In this document: one piece after another, positions 26,175 to 40,169 of the stretch
Position numbering within the stretch: the first letter of the stretch is position 1
Layout of the letters: the number at the start of each line of letters is the position of its first letter
NCBI RefSeq assembly: GCF_006345805.1
Contig: NC_042998.1
Span: 109,058,001-109,122,000 of the forward strand
Reading direction: 5' to 3'
Source: Octopus sinensis
Taxonomy: Eukaryota
DNA length: 64,000 bases
The notes under the pieces: model-generated
Seen by the model: only the letters and a program-made list of their open reading frames with translations
The model's database searches: none
Told to the model about the DNA's origin: nothing
Program-made: the position numbers and the translations under genes

Positions 26175-27644
26175 GGGGGATGGGGCTTTACATTCTGATA
26201 TATATACACCAAATCTATACGACAGTTAAATTCAATTTAATGTCTATACTCGCCATAAAGTAAACATCACTACAATTATAAAAAATATTGCAACCCGTTA
26301 TAATTCCGCATCATAAATTTTCTTATTTCTATTTTGATGGATTAATTTATAGATTTTCATAAGAATAGGAGTCTTGAGTTTTAGCTCAAAGTTAAGAGTG
26401 TTTAAAGTATAACACTTTATTACAGTAAAGATTTAGATTATGCTTTTGATTTTGTTCCATAATTAAGGTTGTTTACTGCGGAACACTTAGACGTACGAAC
26501 GCTGTGACAAGCAGAATAATATTAAAGATGCTACAGAAATTTATAAGCACTTATATATCTCATATTGTGTATAGGGTGACCTGAAAGCTTTGTAGGAAAT
26601 ACTACTGTAATTGAACTTTCAATTGATCTATACATTCAAACAGCTTGATTTGTGGCCGGTTATATTTTCGTCACTGACGACTTTTAAGTCACTCTGCACG
26701 AGAAGCTTTATACGGCACAGTCTAGTTTTGTATTAATTAGGTTCAATTTCTTGTATAATACTGTACCACAACATTTCAGGTGCTAATAGTACAAATACAG
26801 CACTTAATTTCGAGGTGTTAATGCATAGTTACATAAGGCTATCACAAAATACAAAAATATTCAAAACATCAGATTGGTGAAAGGTTTCTCTCTGAGATAT
26901 ATATATATATATTATATATATATATATAGGGGGATGGGGCTTTACATTCTGATATATATACACCAAATCTATACGACAGTTAAATTCAATTTAATGTCTA
27001 TACTCGCCATAAAGTAAACATCACTACAATTATAAAAAATATTGCAACCCGTTATAATTCCGCATCATAAATTTTCTTATTTCTATTTTGATGGATTAAT
27101 TTATAGATTTTCATAAGAATTGAGAGTCTTGAGTTTTAGCTCAAAGTTAAGAGTGTTTAAAGTATAACACTTTATTACAGTAAAGATTTAGATTATGCTT
27201 TTGATTTTGTTCCATAATTAAGGTTGTTTACTGCGGAACACTTAGACGTACGAACGCTGTGACAAGCAGAATAATATTAAAGATGCTACAGAAATTTATA
27301 AGCACTTATATATCTCATATTGTGTATAGGGTGACCTGAAAGCTTTGTAGGAAATACTACTGTAATTGAACTTTCAATTGATCTATACATTCAAACAGCT
27401 TGATTTGTGGCCGGTTATATTTTCGTCACTGACGACTTTTAAGTCACTCTGCACGAGAAGCTTTATACGGCACAGTCTAGTTTTGTATTAATTAGGTTCA
27501 ATTTCTTGTATAATACTGTACCACAACATTTCAGGTGCTAATAGTACAAATACAGCACTTAATTTCGAGGTGTTAATGCATAGTTACATAAGGCTATCAC
27601 AAAATACAAAAATATTCAAAACATCAGATTGGTGAAAGGTTTCT

Positions 27645-27650
<6 letters not shown>
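26175..27650 (+). repeat. Near-identical tandem duplication, period about 754 bp, units separated by (TA)n
   Basis: gggggatggggctttacattc starts at 26175 and 26929; ggtttctctctga ends at 26895 and 27650. Confidence 0.95.
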
Positions 27651-27709
<59 letters not shown>

Positions 27710-28620
27710 TATATGGCATATGGGAGGGGAAGAAAGCGAAGAGAGGGAGCAAAAGTTTAAAGAGAGTAAGAGAATACGTGAATATGAATACAGAGAAATA
27801 AATATTAAACATATAAAAGAAAAATATTTTCCTACTTAATGAAAACTTGACGTCTTGAACAATGGTTGAACATACATACGTACTTTCTAATAATAAAGAA
27901 CCCAATAAAAACACGAAGCTTATTAATTTAAATAAAGGCAATATTATCGATTATTGCAATTAATTACACTTTATTAATTAATAATCTATAATAATCTATA
28001 ATGATTAAAAATAATCAGATCAGTCCTCAATAATTAATAGCATATTTAGTTACAGCATTCAGCTGACGTTATGTTTTACGCAAAAAGTGTTGACTGCTTA
28101 GAATTCCGATTATGGCGGTTTCACATCGAGATTCGATATGACACACCCTTATTCTGCACCTACGTATAATATATTTAACATAGCTGTGTCAAAATTAATT
28201 AAATAATTCTCATACAGTCTTATAACCATCTGCGATCGTTACGTGTTGTTGCAGTATGCAGAAGTCAATCCTACAGCAGTTGTAAAAGTTAGATACGTTC
28301 AATTCTTGTTTGCACAAGCCTAATTAAAGATGAATCTTCTTCCAAAAAGGGCGAAATACAATTCGACAAAAACTTTGTTTTTAAACTTAAAAAGTTCTGA
28401 GATTTTGAGCCATTATTATTCAGGTAAACAAAATATTCAAAGACAAAGCTTAATTTGATCTACATAATAACTGATTCCCACGAATGTGTCAGTTCACTTC
28501 ATAGAAACGTGTTATAACTTATCCACTTGTGTCTTATAATTCATATAATAGTTTTATTAAACCGGTCTACGATAGTGATTTGGCTAGTATTACTTCAACG
28601 AATGGATTAAGTTCGGAACA

Positions 28621-30480
28621 ATATTATTGGTTTCAAAATTTTGGACAAGGCCAGGAATTTCGGTGAGTGGTATATCGATTACATGTATTCCAGTATTCAG
28701 CTAATGCTTATTTTATCGACTCCGAAAGGTAAACTTCGACCCCGGCGGAATTTGAACTCAGAACGTAAAGACGGACAAAATGCCGCAATGCATCTTTCCC
28801 GGCGTGCTAACGATTCTGCTTACGATTATTCCTTAAGATCCGGAATAATATTATTATTGCGTAAAAATTTATATCAAATCATTTTTAATTCATTTCGTTC
28901 AGTCGACATCTATTAAAAAAAATAATTGTATTGTCATTTATATCCTCCTCCTCACTTTGAAAGTAGAAACCTAATATTGGTTTCAAATTTTGGAGGTGGA
29001 GGTTAAGATCGACTCCAGTACTCAACTGGTATTTATGTTATCGACCGTGAAAGGATAAGTCGCCCTCAACGGAATTTTAACTCAGGATGTAAAGATAGAC
29101 GAAATGCCGCTAAATATTTCGCCTGGCGTGCTAACGATTCTACCAGCTCACCGCCTTAAAGACAGGTAAAACTGGTTTCAAATTTTGGCACAAGGCTTGC
29201 AATTTCGGGGAACGGGGCAAGTAAATTTCATCGACCCCAGTTTTCAACTAGTACCTATTTTATCGCCCCCAAAGGATGAAAGACAAAGTCATCCACAGCG
29301 GAATTTGAACTCAGAACGTAAAGATGAACGAAATGCCGCTAAGCATTTTGCTAACGATTCTGCTCGCCGCATTAAAGAAAGGTAATATTAATGGGTCAGC
29401 TTGAGATGGCAATATCGTTAGCACGCCGGGCAAGATTCTTAGCCACATTTCTCTCGCCTTTACGTTCTACGATCATATTCCGCCGTGGTCGAGTTTGCCT
29501 TTCATTCTGTCTGGGTCGATAGAATAAGTGTCAGATGAACATTGGAGCCGATGTAATCGACTAGCCCTCCTCTCCCGCACTTGCTGATCTTGTGTCAAAA
29601 TTTTAAATCAATATTAATGATTCAGCTATAAGTGGAATCCAATTCGATTCTTCATCTTCATATTCTTGCAGATATTACCAACAAAATGGTTGACTTATTT
29701 CAATATCGATTCCAGAATATGATGAATTGGTAAAACCTAGTTATTTTAATCGTTCTCTTTAGGCGCCGAGCTGGCAGAATATCTAGAACGTTAGAAAAAA
29801 CGGTTTGCAGTTTTTCTTACGATTTTTTATGTACTGAATTCAAATCTTGCCGAGGTCAGCTGTCTCTTTTGGGGGTCGATATAATGAAGTCCAATTACAT
29901 GGGACTGATGTACTCAATCCCCCCACGCCTGTTCTGCTAGCTCGCGGCCTTATAATAAGAATAATACTTTTTGCTATAGGCACAAGGTCTGAAATTTTGT
30001 GGGGGGTGGGTAATTGAGTACATGCACTCCAGCACTCGACTGGTATTTCATCCCGAATGGATGAAAGGTAAAAGCAGCCTCGGTGGAATTTTTACTCAGA
30101 ACATAAAAAGCCAGGAGGAGCGCCATTTTGTCCGGCGTGCTAACGAATTTGCCGGCTCGCCGCTTTTATCAATAAAAATATAATAATAGATTTTATTGAA
30201 TCGAGTTACAACAAAGTAAACATTTGTAAAAAATCTTGCTTCCATAGATTAAAACAAACTGAAAACTAAATACAACAAAAGTATTATTTTTAGTTTAAAC
30301 TAATATATGCATTTAAACTGTTATAACATACTGATTTCAAATTTTGGCACAAGGCCAGAAATTTCAAGGTTATGTCGATTACCCTGTGCCCAGTGTTCAA
30401 CTGGTTCTTATTTTATTGACTCTGAAAGGATGAAAAACAAAGTCGACCTCAGTGGAATTGGAATTCAGAACGTAAAAAAA
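28621..30480. mobile_element. Cluster of 7 copies of one abundant SINE family in both orientations
   Basis: Shared motifs gagctggcagaatcgttagcacgcc, gttctgagttcaaattccgc and gccttgtgccaaaatttgaaacc. Copies at about 28621-28820(-), 28975-29158(-), 29170-29372(-), 29395-29615(+), 29761-29920(+), 29975-30165(-) and 30335-30478(-). Confidence 0.88.
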
Positions 30481-31361
30481 AACTGGTTTATATTGAAAAC
30501 TATATATACATTTAAAATATGATGCATATGTATTCAATACATTTAATGATTTAAACATATAATGCTATTGTCGTTGATTTCTGCTATTTGTAATAAATAT
30601 TTTGTAAATTAAAAATTCTATTCAGCAGTAAAATTTGAATGTTTAAAATATGTTTCAATCGAAGCAACTCTATTTACATATTGGCTACAGGCGTTTCTTA
30701 GGTATATGTTGACCTCATTTCAGTAGAAACTCTTTCCTTCAGGTATTTTTTGAGAATACTTCCTTATTCAAAACCGTGATCCCTAAGTTTACCCAAGAAA
30801 ACGAACAGGAAATCATTTAACTTATAGATATCAAACAATTTCTACCTGATCTAATAGTTAACCAGAAGGCATGACTTCATTTAGCAATATTTCCTATGCA
30901 TTTTTTGTCGGTATCATATGCTAGGTGTTGTCCTTCAGGCGCTATTGTTAAGTTGTATAATACAACAGATATATCTATGTATGTACTTTAGATGTAATAT
31001 ATTTAAACATAAAAAATTAATAACGATGATAACAAGGGCAGGTATGAATGGATGCTTACGGCATTTAACTGTACATCAGTGTTGTGAAATTTTATAATTT
31101 TATTGTTTTATTCTTTTACTTGTTTCAGTCTTTCAACTACGACCGGCCATGCTGGTGCATCGCCTTTTGTCGAACAAATCAATCCCAGAATTTATTCTTT
31201 GTGAGCCTAGTACTTATTCTATCGGCCTCTTTTGCCGAACCGCTACGCTACGGGGACGTAAACACACCAACATCAGCTGTCAAGCGATGATGGGGAGACA
31301 AACACAGACACACAAATACACACATACACACACACACGCACATATATATATATATATATAC

Positions 31362-31520
31362 TTCAAATTTACAGAAAACAAAAGACGAAGACAGGTGTAT
31401 AAACAACAAGCAGGTGTATTAGTTTGGCGCTCGGGAAGGTGAGAAAGTCTTTTAAGTTTCGAGCCTACGCTCTTCAACAGAAAGGAACACGAGGAAATAA
31501 ACGGAGAGAAAATAAAAAAA
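31362..31520 (-). mobile_element. Short pLTR-like repeat with a degenerate hammerhead (31449-31483)
   Basis: Minus strand CTTT-CTGTTGA-A-GAGC gtag GCTC-GAAA-CTT-AAAG (A6 changed to U). Homologous to 36280-36465. Confidence 0.55.
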
Positions 31521-31544
31521 AGAAACTTATATATACGACGGGCT

Positions 31545-31664
31545 TCTTTCAGGTTCCGCCTACCAAATCCTATAGTAAATTACACTTGCCCAAGCTGCCC
31601 CGCAGCGGGACTGATTCCGGAACCATGTGGTTGGGAACAAGCTTCTTACCACACAGCCACGCCT
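31545..31664 (-). mobile_element. Truncated tRNA-derived SINE
   Basis: Minus strand aggcgtggctgtgtggtaagaagcttgttcccaaccacatggttccgg...cttgggcaagtgt. Confidence 0.75.
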
Positions 31665-31692
31665 ATCATTATTATCATTATTATTATTATTA

Positions 31693-31736
<44 letters not shown>

Positions 31737-31747
31737 TATTATTATTA

Positions 31748-31865
31748 AGGCGGCGAGCTGTCAGAATCGTTAGCACGCCAAGCGAAATGATTACCGGTAT
31801 TTCGTCCGTCGCTACGTTCTGAGCTCAAATTCAGCCGAGTTCAACTTTGCGTTTCATCGGACTCG
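31748..31865 (+). mobile_element. 3'-truncated copy of the same SINE family
   Basis: aaggcggcgagctgtcagaatcgttagcacgcc...gttctgagctcaaattcagccgag, next to (ATT)n. Confidence 0.85.
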
Positions 31866-33075
31866 ATTAAATACCTTGAAATATTTACCATATATAATAT
31901 ATATATACCTTAAATTTCGCAACTTGAGCTTTAACTGCTAAGCAGATTTCCAATGCTTGAAACAACTTTTTGGGATTGATCCCCAGCATAAACTACTTTC
32001 GATATCCTAACATTTACTTTCGCTACACCATACCTAATACGATATTTAAGACATGTCTCGTATTTAGTGAACTATAGCATAAGTAATACCTTATATATCT
32101 GCTATATAATTCTTTAAGTGACAATATTGTAGATTCAATATAAAGTAGATGCAATATATGTTATGTAGTTTACTTGAAAGTGTACTTCATAATTATCTTA
32201 TCGATCTTGTACATGTCTTTAAGTTAAACGTGTTATATTTAATTACATTTTAGAACCATATTGTGATAGAGTGAGAAAATTTTACCATCATTTTTGACAG
32301 AATTTAAAACAAAATTAGAGGTTATACACTAGTTAATTTAGGAAATCAACGGATTTAAATGATCGAATCTCAGGATACTTTCCGTATTTCTCAAGTCTGT
32401 TGAGAAATAATTTTGATGCTTCGAGTAAAAGATAGCCTGTAAGTTAATTGTATGTAATCATGCGGTAAATGTTGCTACATTATAGGATACATAATACGTG
32501 TTTCTTGATAACTTTCTTTGACCATATCTACAACGATATTTTATATTACACTTTCTTTGTTCTTAGTTTATAAATTCAGATCTTCGCGAAGCTTCTGTTT
32601 AGTGAACTGAATTTAGCATGCATAAGACTTACTAATTTTGTCAAAATTATTTTTAGGTCGTATAATTTGGCGAGTGTTGTTATTGCTAGGCGTATGTTTT
32701 CTCTGATCAAGTAAATCTATAATATATCTATCCCATATTTTACGCGTATCTAGGATTAAACTATCCATATAACCTTCTTTTTTTTAAAGACTGCTAAGTG
32801 TATTATGAGGGAGATGTTGCAAATATTTCTGGCAGGTCAAGTTACTGCATAGACGACTCCTCGTAGCACATTCGTATTAATTTCCTTTCTGGTGACGTCG
32901 CATTAAATTGTAAATTATTTTCAAGCTAAATACTAATTTAAAGGGTTAAGTTCTATTATAATTAAACATGTATAACTCAAATATATTACATGTATATTAT
33001 AAATAATTATTTATATATCATATAAGCTCTGTATCTTCTTGTGTGTCACAATAGAATTCATATATATATATATAT

Positions 33076-33122
<47 letters not shown>

Positions 33123-33167
33123 CGCACATACACATAGACATATAAACTGATACTAACAACACCAACA

Positions 33168-33206
<39 letters not shown>

Positions 33207-33229
33207 GTATATTTCTTGAGCACTGTTAT

Positions 33230-33980
33230 ATCAAGTGTGGAAATTTCAGTTCCGCATGGACTGATTACAAAAAAGCTTTTGATAGCATACCACATTCATG
33301 GATCCTGAAACCGTTGACAACTTCGAAATTTGTCCGATAATTTCAAACTTTTTGAAGCATAATATGTCATTGTGGAACACGAGTCTCTAATTGCATCATT
33401 CTAATATTAGCATCAATCATAGAATTTCCCAAGGTAACTCACTTTGACCTTAATTTTTTTTTTACTACTTACAATTGAACTTAACAGAACGAGGTATTAT
33501 AAAATTAACAACAAGCAAGTAAGCCATCTATTTTACATGGATGTCTTAAAACTTTATGGCAAAGACAATGATGAGCTTGAAAGACTGTTACGTCAAAGCG
33601 CTCAGTGATGACATAAGGATGGTATTTGATCTTGATAAGTGTGCCAAGGCCAACATCAAGAAATGAAAATTGTTATCCTCAAATTTAGTCGTGTTAGATG
33701 CTGAAACAGATATAAAAGAACTTGAGCAGAAACAAACCTATAAACACCTTGGAATAAATAAAGACCCTGGCATTCAGCATGCAATCTTGAAAGAGAGGAT
33801 CAGGAAGAAATGTTATAGAAGAGTACGAGCAGTTCTGTAATCTGAGCTAAATGTGTATAAGAAGGTGTTAGCCATAAATTCCTTAGCAGCTCCGTTGCTA
33901 GATATTAGCTTCGATGTGGTTGAACTGGAATATCAGTGAAATAAAGAAAACTGATAGAAATATTTGTGGGCAACTGTCTT
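33230..33980 (+). mobile_element. Decayed R4/Dong RT fragment
   Basis: AWTDYKKAFDSIPHSW at 33254-33301, HLFYMDVLKLYGK, FDLDKCAKA, YKHLG and KKCYRRVRAV. Confidence 0.85.
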
Positions 33981-34256
33981 GTAATAATATGTATGAAGCG
34001 TAAAAGATTATTTCAACTGGGACTTCAAACCTATTGAGAAGAATATTGTCCTGTGAGAACGATAACCTTCCATGTAAATAATTATTTTCTACATAACGTT
34101 GAACAATCTAGTGTGTTTATTTTAATGGCCTATCAATGCATACAGTGAGTTTTTTTGCCCTAGGTGTCGGTAAGACACTCGACAAGAAATGGAAACAACA
34201 TTGAAGGAAGAAGAAATCTAATAATAAAGATGATGATGATAGTGATGATGATATTA

Positions 34257-34793
34257 AGCACTGGCTCTCATGGCTTCTTATCTTAACTGATAGGAAGTGT
34301 AATTCATGTACATGTTTTGTCTTGTTATAAAAGATGGGCTATGGCAAATATTCTGCTCAGTATCACAGAATTTCTTGTCAGTTGCTTGACCTTAATCAGT
34401 TGAAGATGTCCCTTCGTGGCTGACGATATGTATATCTCTGATCACAAGCAGAAGTAATGGGGGGAGTATTGTAGCCATGTGCTGAGAGGAATTCTTTGGG
34501 GTTTGAATAATTCACCTCTGGAAACATGATGTTTCGTTCAACATCTTTAAATAACCCTTATTCAGGGAACATTTGAGCGGGATGGGCTACTCGACCTGAA
34601 GAAAATTCTAACAGGGCCTCACCTGCAAGGTCATGCGCTGTTTATCTTAATATGAGATCACCATATCGTGCACATGCGGTTGTAATGCATGTGCCTAATG
34701 TACCCTTATCAGGCGAGTAATCACGATGGGTATACTGGGCTTCGTATATTTTACCCCACTGTCACTTTAATAGTATGCACTCCTCTCTCACTC

Positions 34794-34836
<43 letters not shown>

Positions 34837-34890
34837 TAATAATAATAATAATAATAATAATCATAATAATAATAATAATATAATAATAAC
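34257..34890 (+). mobile_element. Interspersed repeat of about 540 bp with an (AAT)n tail (SINE or LINE 3' end)
   Basis: Moderately GC-rich non-coding block ending ctctctcactc followed directly by (AAT)n at 34795-34890. Confidence 0.5.
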
Positions 34891-36119
34891 TTATTATATA
34901 CAGTACTACTAAGATGCACTGCCACTTGTAGGGAAAGGATAAGAGTGACATAGAGCAGTCATTAACTCGAGTGAAGAAAGAAAGAGATGAAAGTCAAATG
35001 AGCGTGCACATGATAACCCGTGCAAACATACTGACGCAATCACACACACACACATTAGGAAAACCGTTTCAAAATTTTCTCACCGATCTACACTATGACA
35101 ATGCTTCCACTCCCAGTCGCAAGTATTTCTCTTAGTCTTACAATAATTTTGATAGAAATTATGAACGCTATGAAATTGTTGGAATAATCATCTAAAGTTC
35201 ATCTGTTTATAAGGCAAATTACACGAAGATTATGAAAGTTAGAACTTGATATTTGTAGGCTACTAATGTGTAGTATACGGGATTAATAACCTGACGTTTG
35301 TGGGACTAATCGTCATAGTCTATAGGTTAATAGAGCTAATAAACCGAAATTTATAAGAATGATCACCTCGGTTTTATATTGAACAATGTTAGATTTACTG
35401 ACGTAAACATCTGAAGTTTGTAGAAATAATCAGTTGAAGTTTATAAGACGATTCACCAAAAGTACATTCGAATAATATCGGACATTTATAGGACCAATTA
35501 ACTAACGATTATAAGACTGATAATTGGAATCTTTTAGAACATAGGTGATATGTCTATTCATCCGATATCTATAGCACTAAAACACCAATTGTCTATGAGA
35601 CTAATCACCTAATGTTTGCAGGACATTCAATATCTCTCAGCACAAAAATAAAGTTGATTATATCACACTTGTAACATTACTATGTCTCACATATTTAATT
35701 GTGTGACTCTCTCCCTCTCACTCTCTTTCCCTCTCTCTCTCTCTCTCTCTCGGTCACTGGTTCGTTCCGCGCAAACACATTCGCGCGGGCGAGCACAAGT
35801 GACATAGTTCTTACATTCATCATAGATTATGAAAATTCAGAATGGAGACTGCATTTTCTTACCTTTGGAATTACATGCGTCATTGCATGTGTATGCGTAT
35901 TTCTGTGGCACAATTAATATATGCGTGCGTGTGTGTGTGTGTGTGTGTGTGCGTGTGCGCGAATGATATTTTTCAAGCCATCATATACCATTGATAATTT
36001 GATTCATATTTGAGTGACTCGCACCAGATTATTTCTCTTGTGTTCCAGGAGGAATCATCAAACGAATTTACGGAAATGTAACAGAATAAGTCTGATACTC
36101 TTTACTATATAATTAATAT

Positions 36120-36159
<40 letters not shown>

Positions 36160-36211
36160 TATATATATATAATCTATATATATATCTATAATATATATAT
36201 ATAATATATAG

Positions 36212-36245
<34 letters not shown>

Positions 36246-36279
36246 TATATATATATTATATATATATATATTATATATG

Positions 36280-36465
36280 GGGAGAATTCATAAAAAAAAC
36301 AAAAGACAAGACAGGTAGTGTAGACAACAAACAGATGTATTAGTATAACACTCGAGAAGTGAAAAAGTCTTTAACGTTTGAGCCTACGCTCTTTCACAGA
36401 AAGGAACACAGGGAGAAACAAGGAGAGAAATAAAGAATGTGTAGTGGCTAGCGATCTATCATGGC
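36280..36465 (-). mobile_element. Second copy of the same pLTR-like repeat with a degenerate hammerhead (36369-36403)
   Basis: Minus strand CTTT-CTGTGAAA-GAGC gtag GCTC-AAA-CGTT-AAAG (G12 lost, core altered). Shares caaaagac.agacagg...gtattagt...aaagtcttta with 31362-31520. Confidence 0.55.
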
Positions 36466-36652
36466 GATTATATGTATATGTATATATATATATGTGTGTG
36501 TGTGTGTGTATATGTATATATTATATATATATATATATTATATATATATATATATATATAAAATATTATTAGAGACAAAACCACTATTTTGCAAAACAAA
36601 CAAGGAAAGACTTAATCAATACATAAAATTTTAAAAATAGTCAAAAAAACCG

Positions 36653-36695
36653 CCACTACAATTGTTTCTTGTCTTGATCGACAATCTTCAGGTGG
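36653..36695 (-). ncRNA. Minimal type-I hammerhead ribozyme with canonical core
   Basis: Minus strand CCAC-CTGAAGA-TTGTC gatcaa GACAA-GAAA-CAATTG-TA-GTGG. Stem I 4 bp, stem II 5 bp, palindromic stem III ACAATTGT, GUA triplet. Confidence 0.85.
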
Positions 36696-37139
36696 ACTTC
36701 CAATCTAAAATATCAATATTTTAAAATATAAAAATAATAATTTTAAAATAATTAAAGTATGAATGAAAAAATATAAATATATAATCCATATATAACCTAT
36801 ATATAATCCATATATAATCAATATATAAACAATATAAACTAAAATAAACCTATCAACAATTAAATATAAAATATAAAATATAAAATATAAAACAAAACAA
36901 AAAAATAATAATAATATAATAATAAACTATATATATTCACCCATACACATATACCTAATTATATATAACCATATCTAACTACATACACTAAATCACACCC
37001 CTATATATATATCCCTATACATACACATAAAAACGTCTAGGCAACTATAAATAAATAAAATAGCTAAATACTTCAACACAATACTTATTCATACTCCCAC
37101 ACACACACATACAACCCACATTCACGCTCTAGAAAACGG

Positions 37140-38760
37140 ACATCACTTAAAATTATGAACGGAGAAATAGAATAAATGGAATTAAAAATTATATTCACTT
37201 GGTAAAACGAACACTACTTAAAAATTATGAATGAAACAATGCAATAAAACAACAGACATCGCGCAAATAGACACAAATTACTACGAATTCCTTAACAAAC
37301 CTACCATGATAAACCAAAACTCATAAAAACATATAATGATAAAATCTCCCTTTACTAAACTCTATAACATACCTATATAGCAATCCCCCTAACCTAAACA
37401 TTCACACACAAATACACACACGTAAACCACACACCCACGACATATACAAATACCCACACCACTTACACATACCTATACATACATATAAACCTCAACATAT
37501 ACTCCAAAAACCCACTCAACCCCACACAGACAAATAAACACAAAAATTATGAATGGATTCTTTTATAAAACTACCATGATAAGCTAAAATTCACAAAACA
37601 TAAAGATAAAACCTCCCTTTACTAAACACTATAACATACTTATATAGCAATCCCTTTAACCTATACATTCACACACAAATACACACACGTAAACCACACA
37701 CCCATAACAAATACAAACACCCACCCCACTCACACACACCACAAGTACATATAAGCCTCAACATAAACACCAAAAAAATTACTTTACCAAGGAACTTAAC
37801 ATATGTATAAAAAGTATAACCGCTCTGGAAACGAACATCTTTTAAAATAATGAATGGAGAAATGGAATAAATGGAATTAAAAATAATATTCACGTGGCAA
37901 AACGAACACCACTCAAAAATATGAATGAAACAATGTAATAAAACAACCAACAACGAAAATAGACAAATTACCACGAATTCCCTAAAAAAAACCATGATAA
38001 CCAAAAACTCTTAAAAACATATAACGATAAAATCTCCCTTTGCTAAACTCTATAACAAACCTATATAGCAATCCCCCTAACCTAAACATTCACACACAAA
38101 AAACACACACGTAAACCACAGACCCACGACTTATACACATACCTATACTAACTTATAAACCTCAATATGCACCAAAAACCCACTCCCTCCCCACACAGAC
38201 AAATTAACACATACATCCCAAAACCTAAATAACAAACCCATATACACATTCACACACAAACACACACACACGCAAAACACACACACACAACAGATACATA
38301 TACTCCCTCACATATACGCATATACATACTCACTAAACTCGATATATACAACAATATTACACACCCACACTCATACAGATAAATAATTATACAACTAAAA
38401 ACTCACACACAATCTCATATACATAAACACTCCAATAAAAACAACATTAAATACATCGTAATTAACCAGAATATCAAAAATAACAATATGACATAAGGAG
38501 AAATAAAATACATACTTACAAGTCAGTTTCAAATTATGAAGTGAAATTAAATTCTTAGCCGTTAAAAAAACCAAACCAAAATTACGTTACCGTAGAAATA
38601 TAACTTATGTAAAAAAAGAATACGCGCCATGGAAAGTAAACGTCATTTAAAATTATGAATGGAGAAATAGAATAAATGGAACTAAAAACTATATCCACGT
38701 GGCAAACCAACACTACTTAAAAAAATTTATTATGAATGGATTCTTTAATAAAACTACCAT
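37140..38760. repeat. Complex diverged tandem array, C/A-rich on the plus strand
   Basis: aattatgaa(c/t)ggagaaatagaataaatggaa recurs near 37151, 37848 and 38651. ctaccatgata...ctccctttactaaac.ctataac...taacctaaacattcacacacaaa recurs near 37301, 37571 and 37991. Confidence 0.85.
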
Positions 38761-40169
38761 AATAAATTATTATATACAATTATGAGCTTTAGCTCATCTT
38801 AGCAGCTCTAACAAACAACTTGCAGTAACCCAAATCTATTCTCGATACCTGCCTTACTACTACACTATTCCATTCCCAATTCCAAGCAACGCTAGCCCAC
38901 CACCCGGTTACAATTCCCAACTCCACCCATTCATTCACAATTTCAACGACGTTCAACTCCACAGCGCTACATATAAGCCTCAACATATACACCGGAGATT
39001 CGCTTTCAATCCGTGCGGATGGGTGAGAGTATACATTGAGTGTAGTGATGGGGCTCCCATTACTATACACATTTGTACCTGTGTGGTAGTCTCCATGTGT
39101 ATATTCACGCACGGGTATAAATGCAGGGGGTACACGCGCACGGCATGTACGTGTACCCCCTCACATGTACATATGCATGCTAGTTGGGCTCGATATGTGA
39201 CAATGTAATCGCGCCCGCATACATGCATATGGGCGAGTTGCACAATCAAAATACGCACACGTGTGTGTGTGCGTTCCCTGGTTGTGCAATTCACCCATCT
39301 GGGTGTGAATGGGTGTAAGCGTATTGCTGTGGATGTCGAGCTTGATACGTATGTATATGAGGTGTTATTGGGGGGTTGTACGTATTTATTGCGTGCATGT
39401 GCTTCACGCACGTGCGTCCATGTATGGATGAATATATTGGGATTGTTATGTGGGTGTAAATTGGGTATAGAGGGGGGAGTTTTGTCATTGTATGGGTGTA
39501 GGTTTCATTTGTGATGGTGGTTTGTTGGTGATTTTTAATATGTTCTGTATATTTGGGTTAGTTATGTATTATTCTAGTGTGTATAATTGTATACATATGA
39601 TTGGTGTGAGTGGGATTACGCCCATTTTGGGGATGTATGTGTTTATTTGTCCGTATAAGGCGGGAGTGGCCGTTTGGGTACATGTTGAGGCTCACATGCA
39701 ATTCCAGGTACGCGCGAATGAAGTGGGCACTTATATTTGTTATGGGTGTGTATACTTTATTATAACAGACAATACCCAAATAAAATCTGTCAATTCAACA
39801 TACCAAATAAAAAACAAAAAACAAAGGGATCGTAAACATTCACACATACATACAAAACTCAATAAAAACACCACTAAATACCACCCATCAACATAAATAT
39901 ATCCTCCAAAATACATATAACAAATGCATAATAAAAATACATATAATAATAAAATAAAAATAAAAAATATATAAATAAAGAAAATAAAAAAATCTAATAT
40001 AAATTATTAAAGTTTTAACATACCAAAACTGTTATATTAATATACATTAAAAATGAACTAATTAAAACAAAGAAATATCAATAAAGACTAACTATAATTA
40101 AAGCCTAGACTACTAACCAAAAAATATATTATCTAAACTAATTTAAACTAAACTAAAGTAACCTAATAG

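Noticed and set aside
35200-35640. CRISPR-like repeat/spacer appearance
   Set aside because: Repeats are short and highly degenerate, spacers are irregular, the context is eukaryotic and there are no cas genes.
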